Below are positions 1 through 8,889 of a DNA stretch of 24,169 nucleotides, in pieces. The notes under the pieces were generated by a model. That model was not told the origin of the DNA. It ran no database searches and saw only the letters and a list, made by a program, of their open reading frames with translations. Location of the stretch: positions 1 through 24,169 of the forward strand of contig LRSL01000023.1 in the NCBI GenBank assembly GCA_001563335.1, read 5' to 3'. Within the stretch, counting starts at the first letter, position 1. Every line of letters begins with the position of its first letter. The translations under genes and the position numbers were made by a program. The DNA is from Candidatus Thorarchaeota archaeon SMTZ1-45. GTDB lineage: Archaea > Asgardarchaeota > Thorarchaeia > Thorarchaeales > Thorarchaeaceae.

Positions 1-2
1 CA

Positions 3-785
3 GATTATTTCTTGGCTTTTGCAATCAATTCTGCAGCTTTCATATTCTCTGGATTTGCCTTACGCAGCATCAAAACAAATCTAATCCCTAGTCGAGTCGT
101 TGATGATAAAGATTCACTATTATCACAGATTAGACAAGGTACCTGCTATGTTATTGGAAATTCAATTCTCTCATTCCTCTTTGTATTTGCAATGCTCCTT
201 GCGGTTTCATCAGGAATCCTGAATGCACTCTTTATGCCATATCTTGAAGGAGAGCTCGCTTTAGGCTCTTCTCAGGTTGGTCTAGTATTAAGTGCTGGAG
301 CTGCATCTGGAGCTGTTGCAGCCATATACTTTAGTCGCAAGAAAAGGATCAATAGTCCACTTTATCTTGTTGCGGGAGCAGGACTCCTGGCTGGTATTGC
401 TGTCTTTGCACTTGTACTAGCATTCGACTTAATGACTGTAATGATATCTTGGGCGATGATTGGTGCAGTAGATGTTGTTCTAAACATCCCCTTGACTGTT
501 CTTATGCAAGAGCTTGTTGAAGATGAACTACGTGGTCGTGTGTTTGCACTTCTCAATGTAGCATTCACTGCAGTTCAAGTCATTGGTATGGGAATTGGTG
601 GTGTCTGGGCTGAAGCTATTGCAGCAACAGGACCCCCTATGATTGGTGCAGCTTTTGCGCTTGTTTTTGTTTCAATACTCGGTTTTGTTGTTGTTGCAAG
701 ATTGAATCTCCATGCTTTATTATCAAAATCTAAAGAAGAAGAGTCAGAAATTTCACAAGAAATTCTAGTTGAGATAGCTGCTTGA
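3..785 (+). CDS. MFS transporter, 5'-truncated (C-terminal part)
   Basis: The frame is open from the window edge (GAT TAT TTC TTG...). It has multiple hydrophobic TM segments and the MFS loop motif 'MQELVEDELRGRVFAL'. 'FAINSAAF' is typical of the end of the N-terminal MFS bundle. Confidence 0.85.
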   Translation, partial: DYFLAFAINSAAFIFSGFALRSIKTNLIPSRVVDDKDSLLSQIRQGTCYVIGNSILSFLFVFAMLLAVSSGILNALFMPYLEGELALGSSQVGLVLSAGAASGAVAAIYFSRKKRINSPLYLVAGAGLLAGIAVFALVLAFDLMTVMISWAMIGAVDVVLNIPLTVLMQELVEDELRGRVFALLNVAFTAVQVIGMGIGGVWAEAIAATGPPMIGAAFALVFVSILGFVVVARLNLHALLSKSKEEESEISQEILVEIAA

Positions 786-797
786 TTTTCAAGCAGC
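777..797. terminator. Perfect 9-bp inverted repeat at a convergent gene junction
   Basis: GCTGCTTGA-TTT-TCAAGCAGC overlaps the MFS stop codon and is followed by a pyrimidine-rich tract (ctctttctc). It lies between the converging MFS and kleisin genes. Confidence 0.5.
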
Positions 798-811
798 CTC
801 TTTCTCATTAT

Positions 812-1471
812 CTAGGTGATATCAATCTCTGAAACTGAAGGTTTCCAAATTTCTCTAGTGTCTGAATCGTAATGCAACCTTCCCTTGGAAACCAAGATGA
901 CTACATAGAGAAAGTGTTTCAAAAAGATATCCAAGTCATCACTCATCACTATGTCATCAAACTTTGTCTTCTTGTCCTCAGGAATTGTAGCTAGAAATTC
1001 GTCCAAGTCCTCAAGAAAAACAGAGTCTTCTGTTTCAAGAGCAAAACCATTTGGGAGCGCTGAAATTTCCGGAACGGACTCTTTTACTGGTTTTCTAGAC
1101 ATCGCATCAATTAAACTCACAACTCGATGTAATGCATCTCCAAGCGAATCTTGTTCGAGATGCCCGACAACAACTGGTTGTTTCTTTGTGACTAGTCTAG
1201 CAAGATCTCTCATTGAAAGATCTTTGAGACAGCTAACATATACTTCTGGAGCTGCAAGGATTCTTGCAAGTTCCTGAACACGGGTTACCTTCGAGCTCAG
1301 TATCTCGTTAAGCATCTCATCAATATCAATTCGGCTATCTATCTTAGCTGCTAACTCCTGAAGGTCTCTGTATGCTTGAGTTAGACGGAGTTCAAGAGGG
1401 TCAACCTCGCCTGCACGAACAGCTTGCACCATGTCAAAAACACTCTTTGCAAGACTTTCAGTTCTGCTCAC
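812..1471 (-). CDS. Kleisin (ScpA-like) subunit of an SMC complex
   Basis: It lies 13 nt downstream of the SMC gene on the same strand, with a GTG start preceded by GGAAGTGA. N-terminal 'GEVDPLEL' resembles the ScpA 'iDPwdi' motif. C-terminal 'TKFDDIV...FLKHFLYVVILVSKGRL' resembles the kleisin C-terminal winged helix. Confidence 0.7.
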   Translation of the reverse strand: MSRTESLAKSVFDMVQAVRAGEVDPLELRLTQAYRDLQELAAKIDSRIDIDEMLNEILSSKVTRVQELARILAAPEVYVSCLKDLSMRDLARLVTKKQPVVVGHLEQDSLGDALHRVVSLIDAMSRKPVKESVPEISALPNGFALETEDSVFLEDLDEFLATIPEDKKTKFDDIVMSDDLDIFLKHFLYVVILVSKGRLHYDSDTREIWKPSVSEIDIT

Positions 1472-1484
1472 AATCTTTCACTTC

Positions 1485-4400
1485 CTATTGTGCCTTGAAT
1501 TTTGGGCTCTCAATTATTATAGAGGGATCAACTCCATTTGGAGAAACTACACCTAATATCTTATCAGCATGTTTCAATAGATGCGTACTCTTTGCAGGAG
1601 TCAGTATTATGAACTGACTACTTCGAGACGCATCATGAAATAGACGGCTAACCAACTCTGTGTTTGTTGCATCAAGGAATGTGTCAACTTCATCCATCAC
1701 ATAGACAGGCGCTGGATTGAATCTTTGAAGAGCAAGTATCAATCCAATCGCAATTAGAGATCTCTCTCCACCTGAACCTGCACTGATATCACCAAAACCC
1801 TCAGTTTTAATTCTTGATTTGAATTCAACTCCATAGTTTCCATCTCTTATTGCAAGAGCGAATTTGACACTTCCTGGAAATTGAACACGTCCCAATACTT
1901 CGTTCACACCTTTCTCCACTTTTCGAAGAGTTTCATTCATGCCATTATGATATTGCTCTCTAATGCTACGAACAGCAGACTCAGCTTCATCAAGCTCTTC
2001 ACCGAGCTCAGAAACACGTTTGACGAGTTCATTGAGTCTTCCTTTCAATTGATTCTCTGTATGTGCTACTGTTTCCGAAACATCTTGGTAGTCATCAAGA
2101 ATGTGTCTAAGTTTGATGAGTTCATTTCTGACAATGTCAATATCTCGAATGTTATCTGGCTTGGTCTTCCCTTGAAGATCTTGTTCAACTAATTCTATAT
2201 CATACTCTAGGTTTGTTAGTTGTCTTTTTGATTGCAGAACCTCAAGTTTCCTTGTCTTAACAAGTAGATTGAGTTCAATTAACCGTTCACTAAATGTGCG
2301 AATCTTATTCCTTATTTCAGAGATATTGTCTTTGATCTGTGATTGCTTATTCTTTGCATTCTCTCTATCTCTACGCATAGATTCTATATTCTCAAGAATT
2401 GATGAAACTGTATTCTTTGATTGTTTGATTTCTAAACGTAGGTCAGTTAGACTACTTGATATTATCTCAATAACCTCTCTGACTCTTTTAAATTCCTGCC
2501 GCTTAAGCTCTTCATCCTTCTCAGAAGCATGAGCTTTGTTGTCTAATTTTGTCAAGTCACTCTGAAGTCGTCTATGTTTGGTTCGTATTGCTGATTCCTG
2601 TCCTACCAATCTACTCCGTTCAGGAGGCTGTGTGCTATCTAATTTTCTTAGGTTTCTCTCAGCTTTCCCATAATCTCGTTGTAGATCCTTCAATTCATTA
2701 TCAATAGTCACGATTCTTTCTTGGAGTTCCGGAATACTCTCGTTTAGCTTTCGACGGCGTTCCCATGTTGAGCCCCAGCGAGTCATCTGACTGATCAGTT
2801 CCATTGCTTCCTCTCGTTCGTTTGAGAGAATTTCCAATCTTGCCATAATGTCTGTGACATGTTTTCGCTCTACTGTAAGGTCTTTCTCCATCTTTGTCAT
2901 CTGTGTCTGAAGTGGTGCAGTTGAAACCAATCCTGATGGTTCACTTTTTGGATGATTAACTATTTGTTCGTTGTTCGGTATAGTGACAGATCCATCTTGT
3001 GTGACAACTCTAAGATTTTGTTTTATTGCTAATCGAGATGCAACTTGAGAGTTCTTGACAAGTAAAAAATCACCAAACACTCTACTTAGGAGAATCTGGA
3101 CCTCTGCTTTTGCATTAAGTCTGTCCCATAACCAGTCCTCTACTCCTACTCCTTGAGGCAATTCAGGTTTCTGACGTGGTTTTTCATCTCTTAGGAGGAT
3201 TATTGGAGAAGGGGCTTCCTCCTTATTTCTGAGTTTAAGTAAAAGTTGATAGTCGGAATAGTCTGTTGTAATAAATGCCAATGGAAGGTTGCTTGATAGA
3301 ACTCCCTCAACTGCAGCAGAAATATCATCATCAGCTGTAAAGAGGCTAATGAGTGGTCCTTTCACAGTTTCTAAATTATGCTCTTGAATTGCTTGATCAA
3401 GAGATCGAACTGACTCAGGTATGCGTTTAGACGATTCTGATAACCTGATTTTGATGTCATCAATATCTTTCTGAAGTTGGGCTACCAGACTGTTTTTTCT
3501 GAATCTTTCTTCATTTAGAGTAGTAATCTCCCGTTCTAGCTGAGATTTCCTGTGTTCTAGCTCTTTTGCATCTGTTTCTTCTATTCTATCCCATATATGT
3601 GACCATTTACTTTCTATTGCTTGCAGTTCTGCCTCCTCGATCTGAAGTCTCTCACGGAGACTTCTCATGAATAGATCTTTACCTTCTATTTCGGCTTGAA
3701 GCGCTTTGTAGTGACCATGTGCTTCAGCTCTTCTGGTGTTCCATTCAGCGAATGCTGCTAGTTCATCCTGTATTCTGGTTCGTTCCTCCTCTAACTCCTT
3801 AATCTCCTCACGGAGTTTCTTCTGCTGTTCCATATAACGTTCTCTTGCAGCAGACAGTCTTTCCAAATCTTCTTTCAGCTTCTCCTCTTTTCGTTTCTCG
3901 AGCTTCAAATTATTCTCAAGATGTCGAAGCTCAGTTATGTGCTTCTTAGAATCTCCCTCAAGCTTTGCAAGGTTCCTTTCTTCTTCGTCAATCTTTGCAT
4001 CAATTCGACCGAGTTCTGAATGAATGTTTGATATTCTTGTTTCAAGATCCGTGCTCTCATTCTCCAGTTCAGAAACCTGTTCCTCGATTGACCTTTGCTC
4101 CTCTAGTACACTTACGAGACCAGACTCTTTGGTTTCAATCTCATTCTTTGTCTGCTTTATTCTATTCACGAGGTCTTTGAAACTCGCCCACAGCAGTTCA
4201 TGTTCTATCTCCCTCTCTTGATTTTGCAGAGCTCTCTTTTTCTCAAGTCTGGAGAGATCGTGTTGGAGTAGCTCTAATTCTCGTTCAACTGTTCTTGACT
4301 CTGTAAGTGCAGCATCGAGCTTTTGGCGACTCTGGATGACTTCGGTTTCCTGGAGTCCAATCCTATCACGAAGAGCGTCAAGTCCTGTTCCCTCTTCCAC

Positions 4401-4853
4401 AAGTTGCCTTACTTCAAAAGGATCCATTTCTCGGATTGCGTTGATTCTCTCCTGTGGCATGAATATCAGTGGGTTGTCTGTTTCAAGTCCTAGAGAGCTT
4501 ATCATCTGCTTGTGTTCTGCTGCTTTGACTCGTTTCCCATCTACATATGCACGGGGTATGCCATCTCTGTCAATCCTTCTTAGGAATTTGCGGCTCTGTC
4601 CATTTACTTTTACAGAAATTTCAACCTCTGCAGCGTTTGCACCATGTCGGATGAAATCACTCCATTTGCTATACCGATTTTCTCTTTGATTAGAACCTAG
4701 TGCGAATTTTAATGCGTGGAAAATTGAAGTCTTCCCTGAACCATTTGGTCCTGCTAATACTGTGAGTCCTCTATCGAACTCCACTCTTCCTTTATAGAAG
4801 GATAGGAAATTCCCCAGTCTAACTGATTCGATATTTACTGTTATTTCACTCAT
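1485..4853 (-). CDS. smc: SMC ATPase with hinge, Smc5/6-like
   Basis: Walker A GPNGSGKT (about 4728-4751), Q-loop 'DNPLIFMPQERI', two long coiled coils, central hinge ('KGPLISL...AAVEGVL...FGDFLLV...VVTQDG'), signature SGGERS (about 1758-1775) and Walker B/D-loop 'VYVMDEVDTFLD'. Confidence 0.93.
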   Translation of the reverse strand: MSEITVNIESVRLGNFLSFYKGRVEFDRGLTVLAGPNGSGKTSIFHALKFALGSNQRENRYSKWSDFIRHGANAAEVEISVKVNGQSRKFLRRIDRDGIPRAYVDGKRVKAAEHKQMISSLGLETDNPLIFMPQERINAIREMDPFEVRQLVEEGTGLDALRDRIGLQETEVIQSRQKLDAALTESRTVERELELLQHDLSRLEKKRALQNQEREIEHELLWASFKDLVNRIKQTKNEIETKESGLVSVLEEQRSIEEQVSELENESTDLETRISNIHSELGRIDAKIDEEERNLAKLEGDSKKHITELRHLENNLKLEKRKEEKLKEDLERLSAARERYMEQQKKLREEIKELEEERTRIQDELAAFAEWNTRRAEAHGHYKALQAEIEGKDLFMRSLRERLQIEEAELQAIESKWSHIWDRIEETDAKELEHRKSQLEREITTLNEERFRKNSLVAQLQKDIDDIKIRLSESSKRIPESVRSLDQAIQEHNLETVKGPLISLFTADDDISAAVEGVLSSNLPLAFITTDYSDYQLLLKLRNKEEAPSPIILLRDEKPRQKPELPQGVGVEDWLWDRLNAKAEVQILLSRVFGDFLLVKNSQVASRLAIKQNLRVVTQDGSVTIPNNEQIVNHPKSEPSGLVSTAPLQTQMTKMEKDLTVERKHVTDIMARLEILSNEREEAMELISQMTRWGSTWERRRKLNESIPELQERIVTIDNELKDLQRDYGKAERNLRKLDSTQPPERSRLVGQESAIRTKHRRLQSDLTKLDNKAHASEKDEELKRQEFKRVREVIEIISSSLTDLRLEIKQSKNTVSSILENIESMRRDRENAKNKQSQIKDNISEIRNKIRTFSERLIELNLLVKTRKLEVLQSKRQLTNLEYDIELVEQDLQGKTKPDNIRDIDIVRNELIKLRHILDDYQDVSETVAHTENQLKGRLNELVKRVSELGEELDEAESAVRSIREQYHNGMNETLRKVEKGVNEVLGRVQFPGSVKFALAIRDGNYGVEFKSRIKTEGFGDISAGSGGERSLIAIGLILALQRFNPAPVYVMDEVDTFLDATNTELVSRLFHDASRSSQFIILTPAKSTHLLKHADKILGVVSPNGVDPSIIIESPKFKAQ

Positions 4854-4856
4854 CTA

Positions 4857-5996
4857 TTATCTTCCCATTATTCTATGAAGTCGATCGCTGTTCTTTTTAG
4901 CTCTGAGAAGTCTTGTTAGCCGATCCTCGGCAGAGCCATTCAGAAGGAACGGATGCCTACTGAGAAACTCGCGGTCCTTGGCAGACAAAGGCAATCCTTC
5001 ATTCAAAACCTCAATCACACGTTGAGTTTCAGCATAGTCTTCTCCTACGGCCAAAAGGTAGAGCTGGTCCAGAAACTCTTCTGGATATTCTTCAATCAGT
5101 TTACTAATTTCTGGTTGACGAGTGCCCCTTGTCTTTCGGATTAATTCATCAAGAAATTTGGTGTCACCAAAGGCGGCAACTCTGCTTTGCTCAATAAGCT
5201 CCTCAACCTTCTCTCTTGACATTTCTCCACTTTTAGTCATCTCTTGCATGTATAAGCTCATTGCAAGATGCTTCACATCTGAGAAACCCCACCCATCGGT
5301 AAGTTCTGCAATCACTGAAACATCGAATTCATCACGACCCTTCAGAACTTGTTCAAGCACACGAACTCTATCATCAAAGGTTGCCCCTTCAATAATATAG
5401 GTCCTATCGAATAATGAGAGCAATTCTCTCTCTATCTGATCTGGTCTTGTTGATGCAGCAATAGTGATTACTTCCTCTGCACTCCACCTAGTGGTTTTGA
5501 TTTCTTCCTGAATAACCACAGATTGAATGGAATCTCTGGGTGCAATAGCTTCTAGCTTTCCTATATAGAGTAATGCAGGTGAATTTCTACGAGCGAACTC
5601 AAACCCTTCTCTAAGTGCATCACTACTCCTTTTATTCTCATCAAGAACTCCTTCCATCTTGAACTGAATGATTTTTATTGGCACCTCCCGTGCGAGAAAG
5701 TATGGAAATGCACAAAAATCACAACCTGAAGGTCCTAGAAGTAAAACTCTTCCACCAAACTCAAGTCCCCGCTCGTCCATCTTGGTTTTTAGCGCATCGT
5801 ACCGTTTGATAATTTGAAGAAACTCGGAGGCAAAGTTTACAACAGAGTATTGGTCTATCTGCTCCTTTGGAACCTGCTCCGGTGTGATTAGGGTCACAGT
5901 TTCAATGAATCTTTTTCCTTCGCCCAACCTTGAACCACCCCACTGAGTGCTGGCTTCTCGGTCGTTACCCTGAAAGCATATTACATCTTCGGACAT
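4857..5996 (-). CDS. Classical-clade AAA+ fold protein with degenerate catalytic motifs (probable pseudo-ATPase)
   Basis: It aligns by eye to Cdc48/PAN/FtsH-type AAA domains: 'VLLLGPSGCDFC' (Walker A position), 'FEFARRNSPALLYIGKLEAI' (Walker B position), 'ITIAASTRPDQIERELLSLFD' (SRH) and 'IAELTDGWGFSDVKHL' (lid). Confidence 0.8.
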   Translation of the reverse strand: MSEDVICFQGNDREASTQWGGSRLGEGKRFIETVTLITPEQVPKEQIDQYSVVNFASEFLQIIKRYDALKTKMDERGLEFGGRVLLLGPSGCDFCAFPYFLAREVPIKIIQFKMEGVLDENKRSSDALREGFEFARRNSPALLYIGKLEAIAPRDSIQSVVIQEEIKTTRWSAEEVITIAASTRPDQIERELLSLFDRTYIIEGATFDDRVRVLEQVLKGRDEFDVSVIAELTDGWGFSDVKHLAMSLYMQEMTKSGEMSREKVEELIEQSRVAAFGDTKFLDELIRKTRGTRQPEISKLIEEYPEEFLDQLYLLAVGEDYAETQRVIEVLNEGLPLSAKDREFLSRHPFLLNGSAEDRLTRLLRAKKNSDRLHRIMGR

Positions 5997-6069
5997 AGTA
6001 CAATTCCGCGCCGAACTATATTGTCACTATATGCTTCGAGTATCATTCTCTGCCAATCTTGCTAGAGGT

Positions 6070-7011
6070 TTACTTCTTTCCAGTTCTTAATCGGAAAGAA
6101 GAGATAATCCACACTGGGATGGCAACTCCCAACCAGATAATGGCGTCACCGATGGTTGCCAAGACATAGTTCTGGCCACTAGGATCCAGCCAGAGCTGCC
6201 CCAAGGTCATCATTTTAACTATTGGGAATATCAATAAGAAACCAAAGATTCTTTGGAGCGCCACCTCATTTACTCTGGATGCATATCTAGGTCCTATCAT
6301 GCCCCCAACTATCATTCCAATGCCCATTGTCAAACTATAATACAAGAAGATACTCAGTTGTTCAGTTTGCATTAAATAGATGTAGTTAATCACAGAACCC
6401 ACAGAAGTCGTGAATATCATAGTGAACATTGATGTAGCTGCAGCTACAATCATCCTGAATCTCAAGATGATACATAACACTGGTACAATGATAGTTCCAC
6501 CACCAAGACCTAGTAATCCTGCTGAAACTCCAGCCATAAAGATTGCTAATATTGCCGCTGCTAGTTTCTTTTTAGTTAATTCCGAAAATCTTAACCTCTT
6601 CATAATACCATTATCGTTTTTCCTAGTGTCACTTATAGCAAAAAGCAATTTTAGAGCGATTGGGAATAATATTATTCCAAAAACATAGCGCAGGACATGC
6701 GCATGAGCAGCAATGGTTCTGAAAACGATACCAAAATAAGTACCCGGTATTGTAGCAACAACCGAAAGGACACCTACCCTATAGTCTATCAGGTGGGGAT
6801 TATGTCTATAATAAGCTCCCGTGCTTACGACTGCTACAAAGAGGGCTGAAAGTAGGGATGCTGCAGATGCAATCTCCGCAGTGAGTGCAAACAGAATGAT
6901 GAGAAGAGGAGTCTTGAAAGCACCCCCACTGATTCCGGTCATTGCAGCGACGATTCCTATAGCAACTGAAATCCCCACAATAAGAACGAATTCAATAATG
7001 AGTTCCTGCAC
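6070..7011 (-). CDS. TauE/SafE-family (sulfite exporter-like) membrane protein
   Basis: Highly hydrophobic, with an internal repeat carrying 'GISGGAFKTP' and 'GLGGGTIIVP' and with 'AAATSMF'. These are hallmarks of TSUP/TauE transporters. Confidence 0.85.
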   Translation of the reverse strand: MQELIIEFVLIVGISVAIGIVAAMTGISGGAFKTPLLIILFALTAEIASAASLLSALFVAVVSTGAYYRHNPHLIDYRVGVLSVVATIPGTYFGIVFRTIAAHAHVLRYVFGIILFPIALKLLFAISDTRKNDNGIMKRLRFSELTKKKLAAAILAIFMAGVSAGLLGLGGGTIIVPVLCIILRFRMIVAAATSMFTMIFTTSVGSVINYIYLMQTEQLSIFLYYSLTMGIGMIVGGMIGPRYASRVNEVALQRIFGFLLIFPIVKMMTLGQLWLDPSGQNYVLATIGDAIIWLGVAIPVWIISSFRLRTGKK

Positions 7012-7173
7012 AAGAATCAGTCCTGATTTGCTGTTCCTTTAGATAACCACATCAAATGCCTCCACTATGCGCATCTCTGTCCCTTTTGTGTGTTGTGACT
7101 AGCATCATTCGCGCCGTTCTGTGCGAGGTTCATAAGTGTTAAGACTGACAATATCTCGTGGTAGGTGGTTCCA

Positions 7174-8883
7174 ATGAGTCAGAGTGAGAAGCTTCGAGGA
7201 CTGGTTCTGAAAGTTATGTCCACTGTAGAGAGTAGAGGTCTCTTTGTTCACTCGTCAGACCTTGAGATAAAATATAATGATCCTAGTTCCAAGAAGCCAT
7301 CAGTAAAATCAACCCGATTCCCCTTGATTGTTGGATCGTGTATCCTAAATGCACTAGTTCCTAGGTCCGCGATGCTTCTTGTTGGTGGACATGGAGGCGG
7401 GAAAACAACACTTGTCAAACTATTAGGTAGAATGATGACTGGAAGGTCTCTCAATGAGATTGAGGATGGAATTCTCCGTGGACATCCAATGTTAACTGAA
7501 GAGAAGATGGTCGCAACACTGAAACCTGGGCCTTTGATGAAAGAGGGTATTGAGTTAGTTGTCTGGCGTCAATTTGTAACAGATTTCTGGAAAATTATCG
7601 ATGAGGTGAATAGGCTCACCCCACATGCTCAAAATATTCTGCTCTCTCTTCTAGCAGAGGGTGAGGTCAAATACTATGATGAGATAAAACGTTGTGAAGA
7701 GTACTGTCTTTATGCGACATTGAATCCAACGGATGCTGGAACATTCGATGTTGGACCACCATTTCTGGATAGATTTGGAATAGCTGTTCCAATCACAATG
7801 CCAAGTGTAAATGATTTGGAGCTCATTCTCGCTACCAGAGATGAGCGACTCTTTGGTTTTGATGAACTCTGGCAGGTTCCCGCAGTTCTCACAGAAGAGA
7901 ATTTGTTAACAATCTGGAATCTAGCTGACAAGGTGCATGTGTCATCTGAGGCGTCTGAGTTCATGCGATCACTCGTGAGAGAGTTTGGAGCATGCATTCG
8001 GGTTGATAAGAGTCAAGCCTCAGGTCTTACTGTTGAAACCGGTCTTTGTGATGGCTGTCATTTTGATACAGCCAAGAGTGTCTGTAATAAGGTGATAGTC
8101 CCTCTGAGTGTCCGTGCTGCAAAGGATCTCAATAGATACTCTAAAGCTGCTGCATGGTTGGTCGGAGCACAAGAAGTCACAGTGGAGATGGTAAAGTCTT
8201 TAGCTCCCCTTGTCTTTTGGCATCGTACACAATTCACTAGAAATGAACTGGAACGTTCCCCCTATTATGGAGATGTCTATGCTTATGCAACCCATCTTGT
8301 TGAATTAGCAGCATCTAGATTTGTGCAACGGGCACCAGCAATTGCTATTATGGACAAACTGAAGCAAGGCCAAGAGAGTAAAGACGCATTTGATGAACTC
8401 AAAGAGATGGCAAAAAGCGATCTTCTAGTTCGTTTGGATTATACTTCATTAGCAAAACAACTGAGAAGGCCTGGATACACTAAGACAGTGAAGGATATTG
8501 ATAAGGGTATTAAAAACCATGATGTGGATGAGCTGACGAAGATATATGATAACCTGCTAATCGATACTGAGTTTCCAAATAGGAGCATGCTTATGAAACA
8601 GGTTTCAGATGCTCTTCATAGGCTCACTTTAACTCAATTTGCGATAACCTTTGACCAATGGCAAGATCTCTGGACTTTAATCAGCATTCAATATCCAAAA
8701 TTGACTAGTGTTCTCAAAGAAACTCTCTCCCCTCCAAAGAGGAAAGTTGTTCGAAACGATGGGCTTACTGTTGTAATCTACACGACTGGTGACTCCCCTG
8801 ATTCTGCAGTATTTCTCGAGATTTCTGGAGGTACAGATGCGTTGAATCTAAAGAAAGAGATTCAGAAACAGATAGGAGAGTAA
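7174..8883 (+). CDS. MoxR-family AAA+ ATPase with C-terminal extension
   Basis: Walker A GGHGGGKT, Walker B 'IIDEVNR', sensor-1 'ATLNP', Arg finger 'FLDRF' and sensor-2 'LSVRA'. It is adjacent to a vWA gene. ATG 7174 is preferred over GTG 7165 because GGTGG (RBS) lies just upstream. Confidence 0.85.
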   Translation: MSQSEKLRGLVLKVMSTVESRGLFVHSSDLEIKYNDPSSKKPSVKSTRFPLIVGSCILNALVPRSAMLLVGGHGGGKTTLVKLLGRMMTGRSLNEIEDGILRGHPMLTEEKMVATLKPGPLMKEGIELVVWRQFVTDFWKIIDEVNRLTPHAQNILLSLLAEGEVKYYDEIKRCEEYCLYATLNPTDAGTFDVGPPFLDRFGIAVPITMPSVNDLELILATRDERLFGFDELWQVPAVLTEENLLTIWNLADKVHVSSEASEFMRSLVREFGACIRVDKSQASGLTVETGLCDGCHFDTAKSVCNKVIVPLSVRAAKDLNRYSKAAAWLVGAQEVTVEMVKSLAPLVFWHRTQFTRNELERSPYYGDVYAYATHLVELAASRFVQRAPAIAIMDKLKQGQESKDAFDELKEMAKSDLLVRLDYTSLAKQLRRPGYTKTVKDIDKGIKNHDVDELTKIYDNLLIDTEFPNRSMLMKQVSDALHRLTLTQFAITFDQWQDLWTLISIQYPKLTSVLKETLSPPKRKVVRNDGLTVVIYTTGDSPDSAVFLEISGGTDALNLKKEIQKQIGE

Positions 8884-8889
8884 TCTATT

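Noticed and set aside
1485-4853. Rad50/SbcC call, with the metallophosphoesterases as Mre11
   Set aside because: The protein has a globular hinge rather than a CxxC zinc hook. The phosphoesterases are about 11.6 kb away, short, and lack GNH and the Mre11 capping domain.
812-5996. Wadjet (JetABCD) or MksBEFG call for the SMC locus
   Set aside because: There is no Toprim/JetD nuclease or KITE gene, and the SMC motifs and hinge do not resemble MukB/JetC.
4857-5996. Pseudogene call for the degenerate AAA gene
   Set aside because: There are no frameshifts or internal stops over 379 codons. Loss is concentrated at catalytic residues, and the gene is tightly coupled to smc.
7013-7026. Inverted repeat AATCAG-TC-CTGATT just upstream of the TauE start
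   Set aside because: A single 6-bp-arm palindrome overlapping the RBS, with no second copy found. It could be chance.
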